64,000 nucleotides of DNA from Zootoca vivipara (GCF_963506605.1 NC_083283.1:57164001-57228000); one strand, 5' to 3'. Shown: positions 51,725 to 64,000, counted from the stretch's first letter. Notes: generated from the sequence alone by a model not told the origin. A program made the numbers and translations.

Positions 51725-52190
51725 GTTAGTGATATCCTGTCCCTGTAAGCAGTAGAACCACTGCATTTTGCATTAGCTGCAGCTTCCGGACCAGCCTGAA
51801 GGGCAGCCTCACACAGAGAGAACAGCAACAATACTGTCTGGAGGTTACCAGAACTTGGACGATACTGCTCAGGCTATTCAGGTCCAGACATGGCCATAAC
51901 TGACTTACCAACCAAAGTTGGTAGAAGGCACTCCTAGCCAATAAGGTCAGCTGAGCTGCTGGCAATGATGATGAATCCCGGAACACCTCTAGACTATGAA
52001 CATGCTATTTCAAGGGGAGCATGACCCCATCCACAAAAGGCAATTAACCAATTATCTGGGCTCAGGAACCACCCACCCACAGCACCTCCGTCTTGTCAGG
52101 ATTCAGCCCACCACTGAGTCCAGGGCTTGAATGGCCTCTCCTGGTTCAGATGTTACAGAGAAGTAGAGTTGGGCATCATCAGTGTACCTT
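51725..52190 (-). mobile_element. L2 LINE ORF2 fragment
   Basis: ORF 51726..51986 gives ARSAFYQL...VQVLVTSR.YC..L..GLP..LVRKLQLMQNA, typical of the L2 ORF2 C-terminal region. Confidence 0.75.
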
Positions 52191-53447
52191 GACCCAAATA
52201 ACCTAATGACTAGAGCAATCTTTTGTCAAACAAAGCTCAATTGTACAATAGTGTGAGTCAGTAGAAGACTGTTTTAGGAAGTATAGCCGATATTGTTCTG
52301 TAGCATTTTTGTTAATATATCCTTAAATTTGTAATTATGGTCAACAAACCACTGCCAGCTGCACTTATTTGATTCTGAACTGTGATACATTTGCCAAGAC
52401 ATCTCTGGGTAGGACATTTGGAAAAATAAGAGGCATGAAATAAAGCAATGATAGGCAGTTATGCCCCTTATTTACAAAACCGCCTACAAGAGCTAGTTAG
52501 ATAACATGTACCATCAATAATGCAGCATGCAGAATTTATGCTGCTTGCTGAATGAGTTATTTGATTATTTTGACCCAGTTTAGCTCTGTATAAAAGATCA
52601 GTCTCTAGTGTACATAATAAATAATCAAGAGTCTTGCGGTACCTTGAAGACTGAGATATTTATTGTGCCATAAGCTTCTGTGTAGTAAAGTCCACTTCAT
52701 CGAACAAAATGTTATTCTCAGTTGAAAGGCATGTGTATGCATGTGTGTGCATATGCACAAACACTAGACGGAAATGAAAAATGTGTACATCACAACTCCC
52801 TTGTGAAAAGTCACTTAAGTGTCAAGACTCAGCTGCCTTACTTGAGCTATCTACTGAGCAGAAGAAAGATTCACACACACAATTTTCAGTTTCCTTAAAG
52901 TCATGAACAAAAGAAATCCATATAAACAAAAAGGTCTGAGCCAAGGGCAAAAAGGATCTATACTATTTGTAAGAACAGATTGCCAATACATTCAGGAGAT
53001 TCATAATGAGCCTTGGAACGACAGCAGCAGCAACCAAAACCCGCCAAACGTCCGCCACTAAAACGAGCATATAATAAAAAATGCAACCATAGATAAAGAT
53101 AGCTCAATGGTTACCTGGGTGAAAAGTTCTGTGCTGACAGAAGCAACAGTTTGCTGCTGCGGAATGGTTTGATTTATTGAGGTAATCATTCCCTGTGTGC
53201 TGCCAGTCACTTATAGAGAGGTAGCAGCAAAACACAAACTAAAAGATACCATAAAAAGATAACTACAAGAAATAAAAGTGAAAAGGAAAGGAAAATGCTA
53301 CCTTTCCTTTTGTCTGCAATATGTTTCTTGGACAAATGTTTCACACGACACCATCCATACGGTATTTACTAGCTCAATTGTTTCAATAACAACAAGCAGA
53401 AGTTTAAATGAATGCCGAGATCTAGACAAGGGCAAAATGTGTCTTAC

Positions 53448-53597
53448 CATGCATGTATCTAGGTCTTCCAAACGTTCGATTTCAGTTAGCTCCTCAACTG
53501 TGATGATGGAACGCTTCGCAGGTTTTTCCTCTGCTAGTTCAATATCTAATGATTCCTGACTGGGAAGGGACTTGCCTCGCCGGGTCAAATGACCAGC
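53448..53597 (-). CDS. CARMIL1: CARMIL1 exon ([50 protein letters not shown])
   Basis: 150 nt, phase 0-0, acceptor ttcctttag|GCT, donor ATG|gtaaga. Confidence 0.95.
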
Positions 53598-54078
53598 CTA
53601 AAGGAAAGGTTGAAACAGGAGAAAGTGCTCTTAGTAAAAATGAAACACTGGTTAAAAAAAATTGTTTGAAGCAAATGCTGCCAAAGAGCAAGAGTCAACT
53701 CAAGAGCCCCTCACAGAGCAACTCCTCCCAGAATTGGACAGGGCCTTGTAGGAAACCTAGTTCACACTCACCTCCGTGCAGGAAACCCAGAACTAGAGCA
53801 TCTCCCAGAGATGATTGTCTGGCCTCTGCTAGAAGAGCCCATTATCCCTCCAGGTAATTGGTTCCTTGCCAAACAGCTCTTAACCTCAGGATGTTTCTCC
53901 TTATGTTCAACAATATCTACCCTCCTGCAACTAAAGCCCATTATATTTTGTCCTGTGAGCTCTCTCTGCAATAGGAGAGAACAAGACTTTGTCCTCTTCT
54001 ATACGCCATTCTTCAAGTATCTGGTTTTCCTACATTCTAGTCAAAGATCTGAACTCTTGAGCAACAATTCTCTGACTA

Positions 54079-54310
54079 CAGTGGAACCTCGTGTTATGTA
54101 CCATCCTCCTTACAAACGCTTAGGGTAACGAGGTCCACTAACCTGGAAGTAGATGCTCCCGGTTGTGAACTTTGCCCCAGTATGTGAGCAGAAGTCGAGC
54201 GGTAGAAGTGGGAGGGGCCATTAGCGAAAGCGCACCTCATGTTACAAGTGGTTTCGGCTTAAGAACGGACCTCCGGAACGAATTCAAGTTCGTAACCGGA
54301 GGTACCATGG
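54079..54310. mobile_element. Tc1/mariner-type MITE
   Basis: TA|CAGTGGAACCTCG ... GAGGTACCATGG|TA; imperfect TIRs, TA target duplication. Confidence 0.7.
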
Positions 54311-54767
54311 TATATAACAGAGATTACAAGGGTTGAGGATGTATGCCACATTACAAGCCTGTTTTTAAATGCATATCCAGTTGAGTCTTTGTCCCCTTCG
54401 TCCTTCCTGTCCAATGAAGGGTACCATATCATTCACATTGCTATCTTACCAGTATCAATTTACACAGTATTATACAGATATTTTGTCCATTATGGGTGTT
54501 AGGGACACCGTGGTTGCCATTTATGTAACTACAACGTGTTACAGAGAGATAACCGTAATTGCAATTATAATTAGATTTCTTACCTGTCCTTCACCCTAAT
54601 GTTGTTGGGTGGATTATAATTTTAAAATATAACATTAATAACAATTTGAAACAAAACAGATGGGTATATATTTGGAAGGTACAGTGCAGGTGAGTGCAAC
54701 GTAACAGGCAAATCATGCTGAGCTGTTATAAATCTCTTGAAATACTCAGATCTATGTAAGCACTCAC

Positions 54768-54855
54768 CAGTTTATGATGGCAATGTGACAGTGCATCAAG
54801 GATCTCATCTACGATTCGGTCTGAGAGAAATGAGGCCACTGTCAACTTCACTTCA
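54768..54855 (-). CDS. CARMIL1: CARMIL1 exon ((S)[29 protein letters not shown])
   Basis: 88 nt, phase 2-0, acceptor tttcacacag|T, donor CTG|gtgagt. Confidence 0.95.
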
Positions 54856-55507
54856 CTGTGTGAAAGTTGAGAATAAGAAAATGAAAGCTTAATTCACACA
54901 AGAGTTTCTGTTATTCTTTACACTACTGGCTGTATGATGTAAAAGTTACAAAGATCTCAAAATTTCTCCAAGGAGAAATGTATAAATGTGCATGTAGGAA
55001 CAGAGGACATTTAATAATTATTATTAATATTATAAAAAACAACAGCATGCCACACACTCTTTCAGAAAATATGATGAATTATTTCTAACATAAAGAACCA
55101 GATGTATTTCTACCTTGCTCCTATCCTTCCATTTGCAAAAATAAATAAATAAAAATAATTTATTCCTTCCTTCTGTGATACCAATCAGCACCATTATATG
55201 GTTGTAAATTGCACTTATTGCAGTGCAATGTGAGAACAACTTCAACAGAAGTATTTGTATTACAAGGCTGGAACTTCTGAAAGTATTATGTTGATGTTGT
55301 CTCAGGGACCATTTCAAAGGTCTGGCACTCTACAGATGGAGTGCCTTAAATAAACCACATGACAACCAATGTTGATACATGACATAGTTCATGCAATTAT
55401 GCCACTGCATAATGTGACATCAGTTCAAATGGATGTGTGCCATTGGTTTGTACCAAGCTGCAAAATGTGAGAACAGAGTAGGAACATATGCCCCAGAGCA
55501 TCGTATG

Positions 55508-55944
55508 TGTCAGGGCTGATGGGCTTCCTCTCTTCACACAATCACAACGAGAGACTCCTGACATTTTTATGGCCCTTTACAGTATTTACAATCGGTCATT
55601 AGCACATAATGATCATTCATCAGAGTCACTCAGTTCAGATCTCTGCTGAGGTCTGTGTTTGCCCTTCCAGCAAAGCCAGAAAAGGACGAACTCTCTTGCC
55701 CCTCCTCTTCTCTGCACACCTCACGAGAGCTGGCTTAAACCTCCCCCCCTCCCATTCTGAACTGGAACTTCACCCTTGTTGCTCCTGTGAACCCCACAGC
55801 TCTATATTCTTCCCTGTCTGTTCCTCTAGACTGATTTCAATAACTCTCTCCTCCTTATCCCCCTTGGGCACACCTCTTCCATCCTCCAACCCTAAGTCTC
55901 CCCCTCCCTCTGGGAAACTTGAAACCTCTGGCTCATCCCTGACA
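55508..55944. mobile_element. Solo LTR, 437 bp
   Basis: TG...CA termini with inverted ends TGTCAGGG / CCCTGACA; perfect 5-bp TSD GTATG (55503-55507, 55945-55949). Confidence 0.85.
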
Positions 55945-57125
55945 GTATGGCACTTCTGAGCCATGGATGCTTAACAGCTATGTGCAAGTCATAAGTATTT
56001 AGGGGAGCACAGTTAGGCTGCCCTGGTTTCCTTGAAAGGTTGCTATGACATCTGCAATGGTCCTGACCATTCCTACCAATAGAATTAGATTGTAAACTTT
56101 AAAAAAAAAATGCTGATGAATTTGCAATTTTGTTACAACTTATCTCAGGGCTTTTGCTTGTGAATTAAACAAGAAGATATAAAACAGAGACTAATTGGTG
56201 TAGTAAATAAACCAGGCTACATAGATTACATGGACAGTAAATCAACATTTCTTTTGCTGATTTGTACCCTGTAGAGGTTTTATAGGAAACATTTTCTTTC
56301 CAAACATCATCATTTTTATTTGTAAAAAGGTGTATCTGGAGTAGGGGGGATTTCATTCAGTCTGCATTTAAGGTACTAGTCTGAGTTGCATTTGCCAATA
56401 TATAGATTGGAATGCATTATCTTTTGGTTTTCACACTTCCCTGAAGTCTGTGATATAGCTCTCAGCTAAAAAAGAAAAACCTGTAAAAAGTGTATTTTAA
56501 AGTGTACAAAAATATATTTTATGGGGGGAAATGCATACAAAAAATGTGATTTTTTTTTAAAAAAAATGCAGTTCTTTACAAATTTCCAGACTGATGTGGA
56601 CCCAGAATAAAAGGGACATATAAATGAACATGTGTAAAATTGACACAAACCATAAATAGATGGGTCTATTCATCCCAAATCTGGAAGCCCCCTGCCTCAA
56701 TGGTGAACGGCAACAATTCACAAAGAGATCAAACTAATGAACCATATTTAAAAATCAAATAATGAAATTAATTGTATTCTCCATTAACTGTGGCACCATA
56801 GCCTGAACTTCAATTTCTATACATGTTTTATAAGGCCTTAGTTCTCTGTCAACAAAACATTCTAATCAGAAAACAAAGTTGGACATGCAAGAAACCAGTA
56901 TGTCTGTTAGGACTTCCTGGACCATGAGATGAGCCAAGAATCAAACACTTGGACACCCAGGGCATAAGTCATTGACTTAAGGGAGGTGGAAACAAACTAA
57001 GTCTAGAACTGCTGGTATTCCCCATTTGCTGTTGCAGGGACTGGTAGAGGTCTGTTTTTAACAATGTACAATTTAAATATGTGCCACTGAATCCACAGAC
57101 GAAGCGAGAAATCACGCCGGCTTAC

Positions 57126-57301
57126 CTGATTTTATTACGAATGTCAATGCCAGACTGCTCCAAGAGAACGTTTTTAACAAATGTCCGTGGAATGGAAATC
57201 TTTTCAGTGCCTGACTCAATCAGATCTTGCCTTATGTGTGCTTTCTTCATTGCACTTGGACAGAGATTTTCTGCTGCATCAACCATAGACTCAAGCAGTG
57301 T
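57126..57301 (-). CDS. CARMIL1: CARMIL1 exon, helical dimerization region ([15 protein letters not shown]...[11 protein letters not shown])
   Basis: 176 nt, phase 0-2, acceptor gtgcaacag|ACA, donor CAG|gtaagc. Confidence 0.95.
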
Positions 57302-60300
57302 CTGTTGCACAAAGTGAAGGAAGGCACAAAGTGAAGGAAGGGTGGTTTTTCAAGAAACCATCTGAAATACTGCATGTGCTGCTTTAATGCTAAGGCCTGT
57401 TGATGTGCAACTCACAAATTATGAAGATTCATCAAATTAAGTGCTAGTTCCTATAGACACTTTCTTCTACCATGCAGTTTATCCCTAGGCAAATTCATAT
57501 GAGAATGTCTTTTGAAATTACCCAACATATTTCTAGCATGAATTGTGATACCAGCTCTAGATAACTTCAAGTTTGTGTGTTGGCAGCAGCTGAAGAAGAT
57601 CTACACAAATCTTAGCAAGAATTGATTGCAAAAATGAACAAAAAGTAGCAGCAGCAGCAGCAATGTTTTTAATTGAATGCAAAATACAGAAGAGGAAATG
57701 ATATTTAATCAACACTGAATTAGACATATGAATGCTAATTCAGTTGCCTTGGTATTAAAGGGTTAGTAGTGGAAGTATCGACCTCTATACCATTACCTAT
57801 AGCAAATAGTGATATGTTATAATTTATTAAACAGCTGTCTACAATAAGGAATTTGAGTTTAAGCAGAATGCACTGCAATCTTAAGCAGCCAGACATTGCT
57901 CTCTTACATGGAAGATATCAATAAAAATCTGAATAGTGGCTTTGTTTCCAATTCCAAGATCTTAACCCCACCCCCCACCCCCCCAAAAAACCACCATCAA
58001 AGCCTGGTCAAATAATGAACAATGATAGCTCCATACGGTGGGATTGAGCACATCTATTAAGTTTGCAGATCAGATTACTTGAACTTGACTTTAGTAAAAT
58101 GGAAGTTGGAAGAGAAACTGAAATACTTTGGATGCCAAAAGTAGTTTTGAATTTACAAAAAAACAAAAGAAAAGTGGTTAGGTTTTTTCTAATAAAACAA
58201 CATTATAAACATAATGGTGGCACTTAAAAAATTAAAAAGGGTCAAGCAGCCTAGCTGAAGAAGCAGGGTGGTGGGGTGGTTTGAGTAGCAAGACTGACAG
58301 CAGAGCCAGTATTTGATTCACTGGGATAAATGTCTGTCATTTCAGTTGTGCAGCCAGAAGAAAGCTGAACTCACACATCCTAGCAGAACCACTAGGAGAT
58401 CCTAGTTTTGCAACTGTAGCTTTTGGCATTCTCCTACATACTAGGCTTGGATGAAAGGCTTGCTCTCAAGGGGTTACTTATTCGGTGTTGCATTGGCTAG
58501 GATTTCATCAAGTTATACATGGTCCGATTTGGTGAGGGGAGGCTGGAAAAAAAAGTCTTTCCAACTCCATGGCCGTGTTCAGATGATGAACAAGGGTTGT
58601 TGTTTTTTTGGCCAGTGCACGCTTTCTCTTTGCTCCTTCATTCACGGCACCAGCAATCAAACAAGAACACTTCCAATTAGCTATGGTTTCCTGGTTTGGG
58701 CAAAATGGGAAACTGTGGTTTACTTGCTTTGGAAAAAGCCAGAATATTAAGCTGACGTCAAACTGTGGCTACCCTGCATTGTTCTGAAGTGATAAGCATA
58801 AAATGGGATTTCCAAGCCCTTACAACATAGGAAAGAGCTGCATGCCTGGAAGCCTTAAAACCTGGGAACTTGTGGGAAGATTTAACTTTGTCCCTTCAAA
58901 TACTTCAGCACTCTGCGGATTTGAACATAACTTGCAAAACCTTCATAAAAAAAATGTGAAAGGAACTCAGTACTCTAAATTGTAACATTTTCTTCTTCAT
59001 TAACTCCTCTAATTTAGAATTTTTTTATAGCAAAGTGGTGCTTCTATAGTTCTTCATTACCTTCCCACTGACTAAAACATTTTCTTTTTTTGCTTCTTAT
59101 GAGCAGAAGTCCAATCTGTAGCTTTAGAGCTGCTACTAAGTTCACAAATATACTAACACAGCAAGCAGTTGGAAGCAGACGCCATTGCAGGAGAAATTCT
59201 AACACTCTATGTGTGATGATTATGCTTCCCCACAGACAACCCTGATGGTGACAAATTTCCACTGAATTTTAGGCATTGCTTTTTTCACACCAGAATAGAT
59301 ACTGTACTGCTTACCTTCTCCTAAAAATACCTCCAAGGGCTGACTGCAACAACTAACACGGCTGATCATTATGATTCCCTTTTAATATGGCATGATACAT
59401 TCTCCCTAACCTAACTTAATTTTCTTCCAAGTATTACTACGTACTCTTGCTGGATTTTTTTTTTTAGGCAGTGAAATAAATTACAGCAGGGGTGGGGAAA
59501 CTTTGGACCGTTTGCATGCCAGGTCATTTTTGGAAAGTCACGGCAACCTGTTCTACATACCAGACAGCAGGTGTGGGATAGGTATGGGCAAGACTTCAAA
59601 GGAACAATTGAGAACTTGAAGTGAAGTCCTGATTGTTCCTTTGCTGGACCACAGCACACTCCCACTCGCAATGGAAACCACTTCTCTTTCCTTGTACTTC
59701 TCACCTCCAAAAACTGGAGGTTCCCTTTCCAAAACAGTTTTGAACTGCTCTTAAAACTTAATATTTTCTGAAGTTTAAGGAGCCACACAGTACTCTTTGC
59801 AAAAGGGCTTTCAAGTAGCCCTGTGATGCAATTTGAAATCCTGAATATCGGGCCTTCAAAGTGCAGCATCACCTGGTGTTACTCTGACGTCAGGTGATTG
59901 ATAGGTGGGTGGCTTTTAGTCCGCCATGAACCACCATTTGCAGCAACAGCAGCAGGTTATGTTCTATGCTTAAGATGACTTTTTATTCCCTTGTTAATTA
60001 TGCTGTTTTAAATGTGCATTTTATATTTGAATTCCTTTAGTAATGTTTTCTTCTGAAACTTTTTTTGTTAACTTTACATTTGCATTATATTAGTTGGCAT
60101 ACTTTGTACTGTTTTATTTTATATATCTTTAAGGTAACATTTTCATTTCCAGTTAATTATGTTGCTTTGAATGTATACTTTATATCTGACTTTCTTCAGT
60201 AAAGTTTTACTCTGGATTATTGTATTTGAAAGTTTTAACGTGTTGTAAACTGCTTTCGGTTTTTTTCTTTAAAATATAAAGCGTTATAGAACTGAAATGA

Positions 60301-60319
60301 AAAATAATAATAATAATAC

Positions 60320-60451
60320 CTTGAGTTGATCATCGACGACTCTGGTAACCTCCCCAGCCATTGATTCTAGTGTCTCCTGGATTGGGTTGGATAAGGAGCC
60401 ATTTGCTCCTGCCCATGAAGGCCCACCAAGGTGATACAGATTGGGCAGTAA
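60320..60451 (-). CDS. CARMIL1: CARMIL1 exon ([44 protein letters not shown])
   Basis: 132 nt, phase 0-0, acceptor tttttacag|TTA, donor AAG|gtatta. Confidence 0.95.
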
Positions 60452-60616
60452 CTGTAAAAATTATTGCATCAAATTAATCATTATCTACAGAATCTGTTAA
60501 GCAGGTAAACGTGAATAAAATATTTTAAAAAATACTTAATCTACATTAATATTTTAATAGTGATTCCATTCTATTGGAATTAGTAGCCAGTGACATAAAA
60601 GCCTGGTCCCACTTAC

Positions 60617-60745
60617 CGTTTTGGAGTTCTTCGCATCTTTCATAAGTCTTTCTGCTGATTTCAGATCTTCCTGTATAGTATCAACACCACAGTTTCTTAA
60701 AGAGTTGATATGGTCTTGCACTTTGACACATATTCTGTCAATCAT
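60617..60745 (-). CDS. CARMIL1: CARMIL1 exon ([43 protein letters not shown])
   Basis: 129 nt, phase 0-0, acceptor ctgtgtag|ATG, donor ACG|gtaagt. Confidence 0.96.
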
Positions 60746-60884
60746 CTACACAGAAGCAGAGCGGGAAGAAAAGATAATATTAGCAACTGTCAGGAAAGCT
60801 GTAAAACATCTTCATTCCCAGTATTCTGGGTAACCTTATGGGGGCCACACAACGGCTAGAGGCAAAAATGGGCAGAGCAAGAGT

Positions 60885-61336
60885 AATCCAGAATGCGGCA
60901 GCTAAACTAGTGACTGGAAGTGGCAGCCAAGACCACATAACACCAGTCCTGAAAGACCTATATTGGCTCCCAACACGTTTCTGAGTACAATTCAAATTGT
61001 TGGTGCTGACCTTTAAAGCCCTAAATGGCCTCAGCCCAGTATACCTGAAGGAGCATCTCCACCCCCATCGTTCTGCCCGGACACTGAGATCCAGCTCCAA
61101 GGGCCTTCTGGCAGTTCCCTGCCTGTGAGAACTAAAATTACAGGGAACCAGGCAGATGGCTTCTCGGTAGTGGCACCCGCCCTTAGGAAATAAGCAACTA
61201 TCTGACTTTTAGAAGGCATCTGAAGGCAGCCCTGTTTAGGGAAGTTTGTAATGTTTGATGTTTTATTGTGTTTTTCTGTTGGAAGCCTCCCAGAGTGGCT
61301 GGGAAGGCCCAGCCAGATGGGCAGGGTATAAGCAAT
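60885..61336 (+). mobile_element. L2 LINE 3' end
   Basis: Peptide remnant QNAAAKLVTG...DHITPVLKDLYWLP...FKLLVLTFKALNGLSPVYL; 3' end shared with the copy at 20170. Confidence 0.85.
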
Positions 61337-61847
61337 ATCATCATCATCGATGATGATGATGATGATGATGATATTGCTTATACCCTGCCCATCATCATTA
61401 CTGTTTTGTACAGTAGTTTAATTTCTATGTGTACTCACAGACCCTTCTCTACTCTCCATCCAGGCAAGCAAGAGGCATTATCAGAATTCAAAGACACAAC
61501 CCAAGCATGCAAAAACAGTCAAGAAGGGTGTAAGGCAGAGCTAGTGAAAGGTGTGGCCTTGGGAGAGCCCATGGGTCTGGCAGTGATGCTAGGAAGGTCA
61601 CATTTGGCTCCTGGGCCAAATCTTACTTCAGACTTAGAATGGTGGTTTAGCAGGGGATGGAAAGAATCCGATGTTCAGGAATACGTGCTGGGATCCAGAG
61701 TTCTACACATAGTCAGTTCAAATCATACTCAGGTTTAAAATCTCCCTCCCCACTGAAGCACCTCTGAAAATATGCTTCACAAGGTTGGGGACCCTTCAAA
61801 ATAGAAGGTGGTGCAGCAGGTTTTTGTGGAGAAATTGGTGAAAGTTA

Positions 61848-62084
<237 letters not shown>

Positions 62085-63513
62085 CTAAGGACAGAAGGAA
62101 AAAGTAAGTTAGGAATATATTTGCACGAGCATGCACACAAACAGTTAACGTATTTGTTTTTTAAAAAATCAAGTGAGGAGAAACAATGGAAGAAATGCAA
62201 TTTCACACAACTGATACAAAATGAAGTAAACGAGATTGGATCAAAAATGAGTCAAAAGAAAGGGAGAGTACTATTTGAGGCAGGGGAAGTTTTATTTATT
62301 TATTTAATTTAATTTATATATCACCCTATACCTGGAGGTCTCAGGGCAGTTCACAGAAAGTAAAGCAAAACATGTTTGCCATCACCAGCTGTTCTGATAC
62401 GTTCCAATATTTAAAGCACAAAACTCAACAGCCACATTTCCCAGGTAATATTGTTGATATTCTCTATATCTGCAGTCACTTGTCATTAGCAAACAGAACA
62501 TGTACAAATGGGACCATGCATACATGTATTTAGACTGAGGGACAAGGGAAATCCTATGGGAAATTTCAGCAGGTTTCTTTGCATTAAAATGCAATTGGCA
62601 ATTCCTTAATCCAGTGGATTTAGATACCAGTAGTAACAGGCACAAGTCATTGGTTCAGCTTTCTCCATGGTGGTGCCTTTCTTTGCAACTTTTGGGCGGG
62701 GCCCCAACCATCCAGTCACTGGAGACACGAAATTGTTTTTTTAAAAAAATAATTACTAACTGGAAAAGGATTTCTGTTCCATTGTTTTTCATTTGTGTTT
62801 TAACTGTAATAACAAATATTATTTTCAACATTGTCATTATAAATTGTTTTGAGTATTGGAAATAGAAAAGTAACTAAAAGTATTTATAAAATGGGATAAA
62901 AGTGGCAATCGCCATCATGTCCAAAGTACTCTCAATTCATTGATTTTCACACATGTGAAATCATTGGGGCGGGGGGGTATGGCGGCAACCCTTTTGTTCC
63001 TTACATTAAGGCAAAATCAGTGTTCCAAAAATTAGTCCATTACCATGCATTCTGTGAGTTCCTTCTTGTCTTTTATGTCAGCTACGGGGATAATATTTTA
63101 CATGTTTTAAAAACAGTGGCATGCTTCACACTCCCATACTCCTAAGTGCCTAGAAATACACGATCACATATTCTTAAATGCCTAGGAATACACATGCAAA
63201 CATACATACACATCCATCTTATTTGTGTTATGTACCAAAAATTTCTGCTTAATTAGCATTACATGGGACTGTTTACTATTATGCTATTGTTTCTGTTATT
63301 TTCACTTCCTACACTTCGTTTGGAGGGGGAGTTATTTTCATGCACTTTTGGATACCAAAACCTTTGCAACCATACTTGTATCGGCCCCCAGGGTTAAAAC
63401 ACACACGCCTCAAGAATTGTGTTCATTCAACCATGAAATGACAAGCATTTAATAATATTAGTTTCTTTGCTTCTCCCTGTCCATCCCAATCTATAAGTAA
63501 CTGTAGACAATAC

Positions 63514-63607
63514 CTTTTGAAGTGCCTCTTCGGTTTTTTCAGGGCTTGTTTTAAGTGCTTGAGAAGCATCATTCACAGGTATAGGCATGAATCTTAAAGT
63601 ATAATTT
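63514..63607 (-). CDS. CARMIL1: CARMIL1 exon, end of LRR/C-cap region ([31 protein letters not shown]); upstream exons lie beyond the window end
   Basis: 94 nt, phase 2-0, acceptor ...aaaaaag|A, donor AAG|gtattg. Confidence 0.94.
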
Positions 63608-64000
63608 CTTTTTTTAAAAAAAAAGATGTAGAAAAAAATCAGATTAGACGGGCACATAGAAAAAATGTAATTATTTCTAAGATTTCTGTAAACTTCCTAG
63701 TCCCTTTAGCAAATGCACACATTTTGTTACACCCAAGCTGAAACGTTGTATCATTACATAGTTTCCAGGACTACATTTCAAAATGGCTTTGATACATAGC
63801 TGAGATGTAAAAGTGATATAAAATCAAATCCGTTTATTGTGAGGACCATGCCTGTACACAAATATCAACACAACAATAATTAAAAATATTAAAATCCATT
63901 TCATAATATCCCAACAAAACCTTCATCCCACAAAACACGAAGAGAAGGAAAACAACAGACGATGAAGGGGTCTTTACATTGTCATCTATAAATCTTTCCC

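Noticed and set aside
55609-55964. Acidic, protein-like ORFs (MAQKCHTVRDEPE...)
   Set aside because: Fall inside the solo LTR; composition reflects purine skew

Overview
Vertebrate genomic DNA, most likely a lacertid-type lizard (Sauria SINEs, tRNA-Lys/CR1-tail SINEs, L2, CR1 and Penelope fragments). It holds two tandem minus-strand genes in the same order I recall from human 6p22. (1) The last 15 coding exons of CARMIL1/LRRC16A run from 63607 to 23120: 2239 nt, all phases compatible, about 745 aa, covering the end of the LRR region, the helical dimerization region, the CPI and CSI motifs and the Pro-rich tail ending DKDFIFV*. (2) About 10 kb downstream lie SCGN (secretagogin) exons 1-6, from 12897 to 655, 154 codons, continuing off the left edge. 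The introns carry many structurally intact mobile elements: two Helitrons (one with a nested hAT), several hAT elements with perfect 8-bp TSDs (one resembling the horizontally transferred hAT1 family), a solo LTR with a 5-bp TSD, an inverted Penelope-like fragment, and mariner and Harbinger MITEs. I found no novel multi-gene system. The best leads are in CARMIL1 splicing: a 5' splice site regenerated at the CPI/CSI exon junction, candidate cassette or poison exons, and candidate alternative C-termini. All family names come from recall and were not database-verified.
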